In this document: positions 14,015-27,059 of the stretch, in pieces
Layout of the letters: each line of letters opens with the position of its first letter
Numbering within the stretch: the first letter of the stretch is position 1
DNA from: Dicyema japonicum
Taxonomy: Eukaryota > Animalia > Dicyemida
Reading direction: 5' to 3'
Assembly: GCA_011109175.1 (NCBI GenBank)
Contig: RDEW01000091.1
Span: 54,818-118,817, forward strand
DNA length: 64,000 bases
The notes under the pieces: model-generated
Told to the model about the DNA's origin: nothing
Database searches by the model: none
What the model saw: only the letters and a program-made list of their open reading frames with translations
Position numbers and translations under genes: made by a program

Positions 14015-14335
14015 TATTTATTAACCCCGGATACACCGAGAAAGCAGTTAAAGTAAACAACTAATTTAGTGTATCCAGTTTCCACTTCCACTGAAACAGA
14101 GTCCATCCGGAATCAACACAAATGGTAAAGACGTCCATACTTGCAGTTGTGGAAACCCTCCAGTGGAGTGGGAAAGCTAATGATCCTTTTCGTGCCGTCC
14201 TGGGACTGGGCGTCACCTGGACAGGTGGATCATATGACGCCACTCTAATAGGAAGAGAGAGGAGGACAGACGAACAAACAGAAATTTCAACCAATTAACC
14301 TCGAATTACCACATGGCACCACGCGGCTAACATTT
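14015..14335 (-). mobile_element. LINE 3'-end remnant; further copies at 14455-14615 and 39285-39600
   Basis: Three near-identical copies ending (minus strand) in ccggggttaataaataaa or a close variant; the same terminus occurs at 60661-60675 and 61036-61055. Confidence 0.6.
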
Positions 14336-14639
14336 TATTCTGGAGACCTCATAAATAGTGTTATTGTGTGATCCATTACAGCGGAACCGGATCGTGTTAT
14401 AAAAGAAAAGAACAAGAAATTAAGAACACATTTGATATCTTGGGTTATTTATTATTTATTTATTAACCCCTGATACATCGAGAAAGAAGTAAAGTAAACA
14501 ACTAATTAAGTGTATCCAGTTTCCATTTCTACATAAACGGAGTCCATCCGGAATCAACATAAAGGGTGTAGACGTCCATACTTGCAGTTGTGGAGACCCC
14601 TCCAGTGGAGTGGGGGTAGATTAATTATCATGACAAAGT

Positions 14640-15600
14640 AAAAGTTCTGCCGACGATTAAACATAATTAAAAAAAAACATTTATTTTAAAATTAAACGTT
14701 TAAATATCACTTAATTTGGATGCTTGAATGACCAGGCTGTTTCCTCTGACAAGTCTTACGTAGATCCTTGGTGACTCCATGGATTTTTGAGCCGATCCGT
14801 AGTCAAGAATTCCTGACGTCCCAACAGCAAATGGGAAAATCAAGTGATCCTCCGAAATGTTTTGGTACTTCCTTCTCTTCTGATCCTCGGCTTGATTAGA
14901 AGAGTAACCTGGATCCGAGACTGAAGCAGTCAAATTTTTCAGAGAGTATGTATCAACAAACGTAGTGTCTCAACCAGGTTCCCACCATTAACAAAAGGAA
15001 ATTTTGTCACCCCGTCTCGGAGTTTGCGATAACCTCTGGTGAATTCAGTCAGCTCCAAATGCATTGGTGGCCCACCAGAGGAAAGTGCGTTTTTCTTCGT
15101 CACGTTTAGACAGGCATGCATTGGGAAAAGGCCCGCGCTCAACTCTCACGAAAGTGAATGGTAGTCATATGGATCGATCAAATGTCCACAACGACATTTT
15201 CGCTCAGTACACATTTTAAGACCAATACATACCGAGGCGGCTGTACTCACTGCCTCATCATCCAGCAGGTTGTTAATCTCGGCAAATATAGACGTTCAAC
15301 CAGCCACCTGCTGAATGGCAACAAGCCGTTTTGAACTACTACACATTCTGCAATAATTTTAATGAGATTAAACCTTTCTGCTTGTAAGGGCACCAGTAGT
15401 CGGTTCAATAAAGTTGATTAACTGTCTTGACGACTGTTGGTAAAATATCCTCGCAATAGTCTGATATGAGTGTTGAACCAACTGCCACGTTTCCTATTAT
15501 CGCTCTTGTTATCGTATCCATAATTCAATCTGGAACATTTTTTAGCTTCCCTGCAAATTACTCCAAAATCCATGGCTGGTTGAATAATCGTCCAGAATTA
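14640..15600 (-). mobile_element. CRE-clade retrotransposon remnant (RT plus RLE end)
   Basis: Degenerate IAVGSTLIRLL..LLNRLLVPLQ RT motif, and KYQNISEDHLIFPFAVGTSG RLE end. Internally deleted paralog at 39950-40170. Confidence 0.65.
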
Positions 15601-15620
15601 TTTTTTGCTTCAAAAATAGT

Positions 15621-15943
15621 CGGGTGGCATAGTTGTTAGGTGTCGGGCTTAATTGGCTTAGGCTACGGGTTTGAATCTCGCTTTTTTTCACCTGGTGGAA
15701 GGTTCCACGCATCTACGATGCAGAAAGGGTTTGACGAGTGACGCCGTCATCAGTGGATACTCACTGCGGAACTGGATTGTCTAGAAAAGGACCTACACAC
15801 AAGAAAAAAAAAAAGAAGTGAAGATCATTCCTTGGTTCTACGATTAGTTAAAATTAACTGTTCTTTACTCAAATAAAGTGTGTGTCCTGCCTATGCGGAG
15901 CTATAAATACTATGGCTCTCGTGAGAAGGCTTTATTATTATTA
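15621..15943 (+). mobile_element. SINE family 1, full length
   Basis: A box tggcatagttg, B box gggtttgaatc, core, 3' stem-loop and (tta)n tail. Imperfect TSD aaaata(g/a)tc. Empty site in the paralog near 40210. Confidence 0.9.
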
Positions 15944-16192
15944 GAAAATAATCACCATCTTTCGTTAACTAAACAGATAACTCCAATTTTTGATTTTAAA
16001 GAGGTAATTATTTTATGTGCACAGACCTTTCTCATATATATTCGGCTGTGTCATCGAACACCATCCATGATTGTTTTTGAAAATTCTCTGCGTCACAATT
16101 TTAGAACAAAAAATAAACAATTATTGACTCGAGGCTTCTATACTGTTGATTTTTTAAACTTCAAAAGATTGACAAATCACTTATTTGAATGT

Positions 16193-16996
16193 TATTAACG
16201 AACTTGTATGTTCGAGGACCATCGATGAGCTAAAACCACAACTCGACCAGCATCGTCTGGCTTGTCTGGCTACCGCATCAACAAACGTAAGCGGTGCATG
16301 GCTCAAAGCATTCCCGTGCATTTCACTCGGAACTTTTCTGGACGATGACTCCACGAGGATTGGGGTTTGCGTCCGCCTCGGAATCGATGTTTGCGCAATC
16401 CATCGCTGTAGATGTGGAGGAATAGTCGACGCGAAAGGACTCCACGCACTTTCCTGCCGAAGGAGCGCTGGAAGGAGCCTGAGACATAGTGCAATCAACA
16501 AGGTTATTGCGTGGGGACTAGAAGCTGCCGGATTCCCTGTCCAGATGGAGCCCCTAGGACTTGCCACGGCAAACAGAAGGCCGGATGGAGCGACTCTGTT
16601 CCCGTGGGATGCTGGGAAGTACATGGCCTGGGATGCCACCTGCGTAGATAGCTTCTCCCCTTCCAATATTACAATGAGTGCGACAAATCCAGGCTCAGCT
16701 GCAGAGAAAGCAGAAATACTTAAAGCAAAGAAGTACACATGCCTCGGCGAGCATTACACATTTGAACCAGTCGCAGTCGAAACTTCAGGAGTCATAGAAA
16801 GCAGGTCGTTAGCCCTGCTCAACAAAATTGGATCGTTAGTCGCTAAAAGGAAAAGGGATGTCAGAGAGAAGGGCTGGCTCATTGAGCGCATCTCCTTACA
16901 GATCGTAAGGGGAAATGCGCTCTCAATCCTGAGAGCAGCCAGTAGCCTTTAACTATTTGGTTTTATTCTTCAATAAATTGTTATTGATTTAAAAAA
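16193..16996 (+). mobile_element. 5'-truncated CRE-clade retrotransposon with an uninterrupted CCHC + PD..D RLE reading frame
   Basis: HRCRCG..HALSC..RHSAIN..EP..RRPDGATLFPW..WDATCVD..KY..FEPVAVET..IVRGNA; aataaa then poly-A; aatgt duplicated at 16188-16192 and 16997-17001. Paralog 40372-40385 is empty (ttgaatgtcattaatt). Confidence 0.92.
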
Positions 16997-17639
16997 AATG
17001 TCATTAATTAATACAATGTTCGTCTACAATGATAGAACTGACCGATTTAGGGAGTGACCTACATTTGCTACGACCTATTTAGTCAGCATATAATTTAATG
17101 AGAAAAAAGCTACTTAACTAACTAATTAAAAGTGGTGGTCATCAACTAAACAAGAAGCATTAAATCTTTAATTTTTAACTAAAAAATATCAAATATTGAT
17201 TATTGTTCATGATACTGGTAGTCACTATCTAAACAAGAACCAATTAATAAAAATAATCAATATTTGATTATACGTATAAATTTATTGGGTGGTCAAATTG
17301 ATTCTACTGTTGATGGATCTCATCAAAAAAGCAATTGATCTCCAAAAAATTATTAACGTTTATAGTATAATAAAGTGAATAAACAGATTGCTTCAATTAA
17401 GAGGTTAATTTTTAAAAACATCCCAAAAGTTCCAATATCTCCCGAAAACCGCGTCCGGTCTTTTTAAAAATTTAAACAGACTTTCTTTTTGAAGTAAAAA
17501 TTACCCCAAAAAATTAGTTTGATCCATCCAGGTAGTTTGGGAGTTCTAAGTAACCTCAAAATTGTATTGATTATTTTGACCGGGATCAACGACCCTGTTG
17601 AGTAAATTAGTGGAGATTTTGGGGTCTGAGATTAACTAG

Positions 17640-18000
17640 AGATAACTCAAAAGTTTTGTAGAACTAATTACGTTTATTAACAGTTTTACAAAAATATTCT
17701 GGTTACTAAAAATCTCAGAGTACATAATTTGTTGAGAATTAGACGACTGTGACACTTGAGCATCATGAAGATAATCTCAAAACCCCTCGGAAGAAACGCT
17801 AGGCCCTCTTCCGCAGTCTATCGACAATTTGTTCAACCGGTATTGACCTACGTAAGTGACTCGTGGTCAATGGCCATTTCCCGATTTTCTCTCTTGAAAC
17901 TGTCCGCAATCCATGAAGCTTCCAAAAGAGTCATTGTCGAAAATTTATGTCCTCCCATCTGGAAGCAGTTTTGATTGGACGACGACAGAAGATACTGAGG
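17640..18000 (+). mobile_element. Jockey/I-group LINE RT C-terminal remnant; copies near 41000-41290 and 48560-48890
   Basis: AVYRQFVQPVLTYVSDSWSMAISRFSLLKLSAIHE, homologous to IYKQFIRPTMTYASPSW at 8916-9305. Confidence 0.7.
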
Positions 18001-18224
18001 GAAGATGCGTCGGATAGCATTTCCCCTGTATCGATCTGGAGTGACTTAGTTTGGGAAATTTTTCTCTTCCTTTTAACATGGTGATACTAAGGTAATAATT
18101 TTTTTGCTATAGACTATTATTTTGATTCAAAAAATAAAGTTAAATTTTTAAGGTTAAAAATGCGCCCTAGTAGTAACTTTCTTTAACTAGCATTCCAATT
18201 TTATTGATTCTATTAATCCAGGAT

Positions 18225-18583
18225 ACTCGAAGTGCAAATCTGGTATACTATCCGAGGAGATCTTCAGATCATGATGGAGTCTCTTTGGACATATCTTACG
18301 TCTAAATGCTCAAGTACCCGCGAATATCGCCATGGAAAACTACCTAATGCATACGGGAGCCGGTTTCCGTGGAAGACCAAGAGTCACACTCCCAACTATT
18401 TTGAATGGAGACCTGTCGGCTGTGGGACTGAAGCTCACTTCCGCAGACGACCTAGATACCTTAAGGGAACTGGCACGAAGTAGAGGGTCCTGGAAAAGGC
18501 TGATAGAGAGGATGGCTAGAAATACGGCACAAGGGAGGCTTGATTAATTTTATGACTTCTCGGGAGTGCTTTAAATAAAATAA
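18225..18583 (+). mobile_element. RTE LINE 3' fragment with 11-bp TSD
   Basis: GFRGRPRVTLPTILNGDL..DDLDTLRELARSRGSW; tail ttaaataaaataa; taatccaggat at 18214-18224 and 18584-18594; empty paralogous site near 49090. Confidence 0.88.
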
Positions 18584-18972
18584 TAATCCAGGATCCATCG
18601 AAAAGAAGATTACATGTATTCAGTTCCACGGCCAAAGAAGCAGAGAAAAATGTCTAGAAGAGTTGTGGGAACTCTTCCAAAGTCAAACGACTCTCTTTAC
18701 GTCATCAATGAATTGATCTCCTCACGAGGCAGGTGGATTAAAAGATGGCTAGTTAACAAAGGAAGGGAGATAAAAAACGTGGCGAAGGAAGAAAACCATT
18801 TACAGCAAGGCAGGTCAACCCACGTAGCATTTTAGTAGGCATGCGACCCCAACCACTAGAAGCTATAATTAATCTGTCAATTAAAATAATAATTCAAAAT
18901 AATTAAGACGATTATTTTACAATTAGTGTATTTAAGTATAATTTTAAATAGAGATTATATTTATTTGTTGTT

Positions 18973-21005
18973 ATGGCGTGTCTGCTATTTTGCTTATTAT
19001 TTGTAATTAAAAAATCTTTTTCTGTAAAGAAAGTATATTGTACATTAAAAAACAAGGTTTCTTCAATAAATGAGAATCAAAACTACCAGTTTTAGTTTCA
19101 CTCTCGAACAAAGACCCAAGTATCTCTACCCTTTAACAAGTTAATCTCCAAACATTAATTACCAATATTTTACAAATTCTGTAAAAGTGATGTTCCTCAA
19201 CGAAACTCAGGTTTTCATTGTTCACATCGTAACGCCGGAGAATTCAAAGTTTACGTTCCTTTTAATGTAGTTCAACTTTCTAGCACATGTGAACTGCTCA
19301 CGATACTGCAAAAGTGCCCGAATTAACGTCTCAACGAGAAATCTGATCGACAACGAATATTTCCTTAATTTGTACATTCAATTAAAAATGTAGCTTTATT
19401 GGCGGTATTCCAGCCTTGTGGTGCCCTAGCGACAGCAAAGTGTGTCATGACTTTGTGCCCTTTGGTTGGAAGGAGACTGTTTGTGGTAATTCTGTATTTT
19501 AGGAAAAATTGAAAGACAATTATTTCATAAATAATTATTATAAATTTATCGTTTACTATGAAACTGTGTCCTTCGGCAATCCTTCAGTTGAACTAGCAGG
19601 AAAAATAATTGGCGCGCAAGTTTTTCCGTACAAGTTTGCCGCGGTCTTCAGTTTAGTGTAATAAATTCGGAGAAGATTCAATTTTCGGTCAGCTTTCAAG
19701 TATCAGCTGGCATTTACTTTAGAAAGCCGAAACAAAGCTTCCGACCTCCCAAAATTCAACCATTAACCTCTTCCTGATGTGGTCTACCGTTTATTTTCAT
19801 TACAGTTACCTAATGGGTCTTTTCTTTGTCATAATCCTCATTTACATTGTCAGTGTCATCTTCAAAACGAAGAATAAATTCTCTATCGATTCCACAGAAA
19901 ATGTAAGCAATCGAATCATTTAAAGCTGATCGTCTCTTACAATCACTCTTGGAAGTACTTGGAAGGCGATGTTTTCCGCCCACCGTGCAATGTGATGGCT
20001 TTTTCTATTTTCGTTGGCTCTGGATTTCACATTTTTTTCACGTTTATTATTGCTCTCTGTAATTTTTAAAGTAATAGTAGCCTTGATTGTTGCATCCGAC
20101 TGGACTTCTCAGCCCCAAAAGTTCGTCATAGTTGACACAGAATTTATAATTTAGGGCACTTTTATATTTGTTACTCCACTTTCGTCATATTTTACCGCTT
20201 ATTTGTATCAAGGTAGTTTTAATTTGCACTTGTAGTTTTTGGCGGTCAATTTTGTCGAAAAACGTGCTTATATTATTCGACTTTTATTCCCGCGTAAAAT
20301 ATACCTAATAAAAATAGGACATACCTTTTCCTTTACACAGCCCTTAACGTCATATATTATGTCAATGACAGCAGTTCTGCAGTCCCTGGTAAGAATATTC
20401 TCTCCCTCGTGGCTGTCTGGATTTTTCTTTACTCCCTCTTAAGTCTGGTAGGTTTCTACTTTGGATGTAAGCGAAAGGTAGGTTTTTGATACATTTAGAC
20501 TAATATTCTGGTGTATAACAAAATTCCTCGAACAATTCCCAACGTTTCAATCAATGTTGTCGGGAGAGGCTTTTCATACGTTTTCTGTAGTCTGTCCCCA
20601 TTTTGCTGCATTTTTGTACTTCTGCTCCCCATTTTTGATGGAATATGGTAAATATTTGAATTATTATTAAGGGGATACTCTTCCTTTAACATGTACGGAC
20701 AACTGTTGTTGTTAGTTGTGTTGACTCTAATGGCCATCTGTCTTACTTCGTTCATATTCGTGTACTACTATTTGTTGTGTGAGGACTATCGGTGGTGGTG
20801 GAGGGCCTTCAATACTGGGATATACATCACTCTTCCGTTTTTATTCTATTTGATTAACTATTTTGTGAAATGTGGCATTACTTCAATGTGGTTTGTGGTT
20901 GCCAGAATACTGCAAATTGTTGGAATGGGAATTGGACTATGGCTTAGTACTGGTTTTGTGGCATTTATATTTTGTTGGTGGAGTATTAGGAGATTATATT
21001 TATAA
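18973..21005 (+). CDS. Transmembrane 9 superfamily (nonaspanin/EMP70) gene, divergent, with apparent splice/frame lesions
   Basis: Signal peptide MACLLFCLLFVI; NYFINNYYKFIVYY; SWKYLEGDVFRPP; CEDYRWWWRAF; terminal GFVAFIFCWWSIRRLYL. Introns of 22-24 nt. One donor appears to lack its G (near 19070) and there is a frameshift near 19815. Confidence 0.8.
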
Positions 21006-21169
21006 TTATTAATGTATTTTTGACTTTGTTATATGAACTTATTATACTTGGTGGTCAGACTTATGTGGTAATTAACGTGGTTATGTCCTATCAGTTGCCT
21101 ATACTCTTGACTCGTAAGAGCCATTAGTAATAAAATCTATATTATTTAATTAAAATAATAACAGGCAGT

Positions 21170-21600
21170 CAACAACTACGAAGTTCCTCTTGGTCAACGC
21201 ATTTCCTCTGACGATTTGTGAGGAAATACGCTCAACAAGTCAGCTCCTTTCTCTCATCCATTTTCTTCATTACGATCCAATGCGGTTCAGTAGGGTTGTT
21301 GATCTGCCTCCAATGATGACTACCAGCTCACATTGAACTGTCCGTCTAATAATCTGTGCAAGTATTTTTATCATAAGACGAACACGTGGTCCAAAAATGA
21401 GATGAAAAAATCTTTTTAATAAAGATATCTTAGGAATTACGAAGGACTGGCATCGTGTTATAAGCGATAAGTTTCTATGCTAACATTGTCGACCTATTTT
21501 TTATTTCATAAAATTTAATTTACGTTTCGTCATTTTACCATAAATAATAATTGGAACATCAGAAAAATGTCAGTTCTCATCTTCCTAGAAGACAGCCGTC
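21170..21600 (-). mobile_element. CRE RLE 3' remnant; paralog near 61990-62350
   Basis: GRSTTLLNRIGS..LVERISSQIVRGNAL matches the C-terminus of 16185-16952. Confidence 0.7.
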
Positions 21601-21662
21601 TATTCTGATTGGTGGGATATCTATAAAAAGTCTAGTTGCATATGTTTTCGCAAAAATATCTA

Positions 21663-23353
21663 CAGTCCGACCCCTAAATGGGGCACCAAGTGCCCCAAAA
21701 TGCGGGGGTGCCCCAAAAACAGGGGTTTGTTATTATTTTTTAAATTATATCAATAATAAACATCAAATAACATTTTTACCAAAATAATCAGTTATTTTAA
21801 TTTTAGAGTTTTGTCGTATATTATTTGTTAAATTTAAATCATAGAAGTCTCGCAGCATTTTTGGTGCCACATGTGAAATTTTCTTTTCCAAATTGTTTAG
21901 CAGATCCTTTGTTTCCACTACGATATTTTCAGAATTCTCAGTTTCCGAACATCCATTATAGATATAATTGTCTGACTCTTCGCATTCTACTTCAATTGTT
22001 TCGTTTACAACGTGATTTAGATGTTGATCCGTTAAGCTGTCTGTTGCATAAGAATAACGGTTCCTGTCGATTTTCTTCCAACAATTAACAATACATGCCG
22101 CATCTATTTTCTCCCAACCTTTCGAAATTAGCATCATGACACGACGCAAGCTTAATTTTGCAATAGAATGTACAAAATCTTTTTCGATATCTTGAAAACA
22201 CAAAAATTCCATTAAGAAACTTAAATAATAATCTTTAAAGGCCTTGATTATTCCCATATCCAAAGGTTGTAAATAGGGCGTTGTATTTTTCAAAATAAAA
22301 ATTCAATATTTGAACATTTAAAAGTTTTATGACATCCAGCATTGTCGAGCAATAATTATGTTTTTCTGTTGTTTTTGCGGAACAATTCCTTTATTAGTGT
22401 AAGCCAACTCATAAAAGTCTTTTCAGTCATCCATGGATTTTTTGAGGACGAATACAAAAACCCAAAATCTTGGACATCAAAATTTTTTAGGCACCGAGGT
22501 TGCTTACACTTTCCAATAATCAATAGGTCAAGTTTTTCTCCAAAAAAACTGCAGCATGGAAGAACAGTGAGTCTTTCTTTTCCTTGTTAATAGCCAAAAT
22601 ACTGTTCGCTTTTTTCGACGAATAATTTTTGCGGAGTTCTTTTTATAAAAATTGCGGTTTCATCGCAATTAAATACATTTTGAAGTCCATATTTTAATAC
22701 CTTCTCGTCAAATTTTTCAAAATAATCTTTAACGTGAAATAAATCGTATGAGGCCTTTTATCAACATATTGACTTGAGTTGAAGCTCATGTCGTAATTTA
22801 AATCTATCAAGCTACCCATTGGAGGCTTTAACAGAAGTAAATCCAATTTTTGAAGCTTTAACTAAAGCGATTTTTTTCAAAATAGGACCTGAAATTTTAT
22901 CCACCCGAAGTTTTTGAAATACTTCAAAGACTTGATCATCAAATTTTTCTTTATCGGCTTTAAATACCTCATACAACTCAGAACTAGTATTGCCGCGGTG
23001 TAAGAAAGGTACAATTTTTCGTTTGATTCTTGAAATAGTTACATTACTTATCTTGTAATTTGTGATTAATTGTCTTTCAGATAAATTGTTCCTCATAATT
23101 TCTTTAGCAGTTTTCAATTTAGTTTCGTAACCACAACAAAAATGAAAATTGAAAATAAAACAAAAATATAATTAATTTATTATAATTTTATTATCTTAAA
23201 AATTGTTAATAAATGATTTTTCGATGCCCCCAAATTTCCATAATTTTTTTTATTGATTTTTCATTTTATTCTGCCAAAATGTTGATTTGAAAAAGGTGCC
23301 TCAAAATGCGGGGTGCCCCACCCTTGAATCTGCCCCATTTTGTGGTCGGACTG
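21663..23353 (-). mobile_element. pogo/Tigger DNA transposon A, fragmented transposase
   Basis: TIRs cagtccgacccctaaatggggca / (rc) cagtccgaccacaaaatggggca with TA at both sides. HTH and CENP-B-like region KASNG, FNCDET, NAGCH, NTTPYLQPLDMGIIKAFK. Paralog near 62415 lacks it. Confidence 0.92.
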
Positions 23354-23359
23354 TACTTA

Positions 23360-24300
23360 GTTTTTCGTGGTTCAGACAACTGGAGGAATAAATGGAAAAT
23401 CGCTTCTTTTTCTCAAAAATATGGACGTCCGGCTACAATCAGAGGTCTCACATGTCATGTGAGACCCAGTGACTTCTCAAGTTGCCATTAAACCTGTTTG
23501 AAATATGTCGGCAGCAACCATTCATTTAAGGTATCTTTTATAAAAATTAATTTCGTTTTTAGAATAGAAAAGCTGTAATTATTAAGAGCAAACCAAAGCA
23601 ATAATAATAAACATCATGGGCTATCTAAGAACTAGTGTTAAGAAAGTTATTCAAAATATACCTTCTTGTCGATTCCAGCAAGTCTCAGACCAGAGTTTTA
23701 CAACGACTCACTTAACCTCTTATGAAATTCATAACTGAAAGGCTTCAAGCAAAGGACAAATATTCTTTCGATATCGATACATATGTTAAAGACATCACTA
23801 TTAAAACCAGCAACTGTTAACTTAACCATTGAAGTTAATTGTGCTTCGATCTTCCAAGACTCCCAATATCGCTAAATATCACCGAAAGAACGCACACATA
23901 AATTCAATCGATGGTAATAAAGACTTTGAAGTGACTTATGTTTAAATTACGAATGAGGCAGAGGTTTAATGATGTTGTATTAAGTTTAACAAATAGATAA
24001 ATAATAATTTCGAATGGACTGTAAAGTCATCCAGAAAGAGTGTATTATAGCCGGAACCTGTTAGATTGCTAAGAACAGCTAGTAACATTTCAAATTTGTT
24101 AAAACCAGGATAAGTGGAATTGTCCCAAGGTTGATTTAAAACAACTTTATAGATTGTTTCAATCAGATTGATTTATTCTATAATTTCTAAATATTATTAA
24201 TTGGGTCATTAATGACGTTCGATGCATAAAATAGTCAAGACTTCATTCTCATAGGAAAAATGAAAAAGCAGCAAATTTCCTTTACGAATTCAAAGGTTCT
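23360..24300 (-). pseudogene. Degenerate membrane-protein-like coding remnant, divergent from calpain; weak mucolipin resemblance only
   Basis: Hydrophobic segments LTVAGLIVISLTCLSI (seen in copy 50868-51068) and VYYYCFGLLLIITAFLF. Many stops. Largely repeated at 50770-51300 and 62420-62680/63190-63720. Confidence 0.25.
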
Positions 24301-24620
24301 TTAATATTTTCAAATACCGAAATGAATTTTTCTTTTATGCTACCTGAAAATCAAATTTATAAAATAAACAAATTTTGAATTATATCTCGTATTTTGATAA
24401 AAATTTTGGTTAACATGAATAAAAATTACTTTACTACACACCAAACCTCAGCCTCATTCTTGGTTAACTATGTGCATAAAATGTTTTATTTGGGGGATAC
24501 ATTTGGGTTTAAATGACAAAATGTCCAAATTTAGGTCAAATGTATGAATAATTGATGTCAATAAAATCGTTCCAGTTAAACAGATATTTACTATAAAAAT
24601 TGTTACGCTAAGAAAACGTA

Positions 24621-26888
24621 ATGATTTCTGAGGAGGAAAGATTTAAGCAGTTGCTAGATAAATGTTTGAAAGAAAACACACTTTTTTTAGATTACGAATT
24701 TACACGTTCATTTTGGTTTATTTTATAAAGTCGATAACCCCGATGGAATTTCAGATTTTAATTTGAAACGTTTAACGGTACTTTAAGTTTGTGTTAATAT
24801 TTTCATTTCAAATATTTATTTGTAGGATGTTTATTCGAATTCAGAGTTCATAGTCGATGATGCTACAAGAAGAGATGTAAACCAAGGACAACTAGGTGAA
24901 GCTAATTTTGACTTAATTTATAGGTAACTGCTGGTTTCTCGCGGCAGTTGCATCGTTAACACTACGTAAAGATCTTTTGCTTAAGGTTATTGGAATGAAT
25001 ATTGGAATAAATTATGCAGGAATTTATTACATGAAATTTTGGATTGGGGGAATTTACCGAGGTATCATAATCGACGATATACTTCCTTTTAATGGTGATG
25101 AACCTCTATTCGCGCGGTCAACTACCTTGAGGGAAAGTTGGATATGTTTGCTAGAAAAAGCCTATGCCAAGTATACAAATGTCGAATATATGTAGATTAT
25201 CTGGTTCGTATGATGTTTTAAATGGTGGAAATTTGATGGAGGGAATGCTCGACCTTATGGGTGGAGTTGGAATTATTCAATTAGTCTCCGAAATATCAAA
25301 TCCTGACACTATACCAAATTTAGTGAAACAAGCTAGTGATATGAACGGTTTAGCGATGTGTGCAATAAACGTTGATTTAGTGAAAAAAATTTTAGAAAGA
25401 TGGTAACGAAAATATATTGAAAAATGGACTCGTCAACAAACATGCTTATTCTATCACGGGATCAATTAATCCAAATGATAAAGCAGATGACATTAGACAT
25501 AAATATCCATCTGAATTGTTGCTTAGACTGAGAAATCCATGGGGACATGTAGAGTGGAATGGGCCATGGTCCGATTCTTCAGATGAATGGAAAGGTATTG
25601 ATGAAGATACCAAAAGAGAACTCGGACTTGTATATAAAGATGATGGGGAATTTTGGTATTTTGAGTAGAAAATATTTTCAGGATAAGCTTAACGGATTTT
25701 CTCGACAATTTCGAATCCATACAAGTTTGTATTCCCATCGAAGTAGGAATGAAGGATTATAGTTTTAATGACACGTGGCACGATCAAGTTTTTCCCAATT
25801 GTATGTGTATTTAACGATGTTAGATCCATATCGTAATTTCTCCATAGGAGCTCAAGAAGAACTAATAGTTTATCTGTGTCTTTCCCACTATGATTATCGA
25901 AGATTTGGACTAAACATACCAAAATCAAAAATAGAAATTTATGACGAAAACAAGTATATAAAAATCAAAGAAAATAGAATATTGATTTACGGATCAATTC
26001 AACAAGAACGAGATCATCTATTTAGTTTATCTCTTAAGCCTGCTAATTATTTTGTTAATATCACTAAATTTGATGGATTTGATGGACGTTTTTACCTTAG
26101 AATTGTTTCTAAAGGAAACATCACTGCAAGGTAATCTTAATTAAACATAATTATAGAATGCTTGGACAAACATTATTTAGTCATAAAAAAGTGCCTTAAT
26201 TGATTACTTTAGGAATTTTCTAATCTTAATAACTCTATGACACCTGATGTGACGAACAAATTTAAGAAACATGGAGATTCTAAAATGAAAATTGATAAAA
26301 TTCAACTAGGGAAACTTCTCAACGAATTAAAAACGTCAGGTACCCAATAGATTTATTTTATGACACTAATGAACCAATGTTCAGTTGTTTGCTTGTAAAT
26401 GAGATTTTTTTTAATTTCCTGGTTTTATTTAATTATATGTTTTTAGAAAAAGTCGGAAGTACGACTTAGTTATGAACAATTCCAAGAAATATGGAACATG
26501 TTATGCAAAGCAGATGTTTGAGGTTTTATCTCATTTCTAGGAGTCATTTATGAAGTTTGCATCTAAAAATAATGGAAAACTTAAATCGTCGTATATGCAC
26601 GCAGCCATCATGGATTTCGGTTTGGATTGTTAAATGACTGAAGGCTACACTCTCGGGATTCCTGAGTTAGATTTATTGGCGACCAAATACACAGACGACA
26701 ATGGAAATTTACCATTTGATTGTTTTTTTACTTGTTTGGTGAAAATAAAAAACTGCTACGGTTTGAAATTCTAAATATTTTTAGAGCAATTTAGTAATAT
26801 GCTAAAAGAGGGAAGTATAACGTTTGGCATTCAAGAGGTTAGAAGTTATAAAGATATTCCTTAGTTTATGCAAATGAGACTAACCTAA
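24621..26888 (+). CDS. Classical calpain (CysPc - domain III - penta-EF-hand), catalytic triad intact
   Basis: QGQLGNCWFLAAVASL (Cys codon 24929-24931), LEKAYAKL, NGLVNKHAYSITG, LRNPWG, DDGEFW; PEF RLSYEQFQEIW..KYTDDNGNLPFDCF. About 13 introns, mostly 22-28 nt, one of 48 nt; 26340-26445 unresolved. Confidence 0.9.
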
Positions 26889-27059
26889 GTCTAGCTACTA
26901 ATCTACTAATCCTACCAACGGAAAATTCATAATTAATTAAGGATAACGAAAAAACTCACAATAACTAAACTTTCATTTGGTTACTAATTTAATTATTTTT
27001 TCATCTTTGTCATCAATGTGGAATAAGAAAAACAAATAAACTGAAGACCCATTTAGTAT

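Noticed and set aside
15621-15700. tRNA gene calls at SINE heads (also 57230-57301, 57997-58060 and 11270-11326)
   Set aside because: A/B boxes are present but there is no closed acceptor stem or terminator, and each head continues into a shared SINE body
16181-16738. 185-aa minus-strand ORF and similar antisense ORFs (e.g. 44918-45241, 44082-44447)
   Set aside because: Antisense shadows of retrotransposon coding frames
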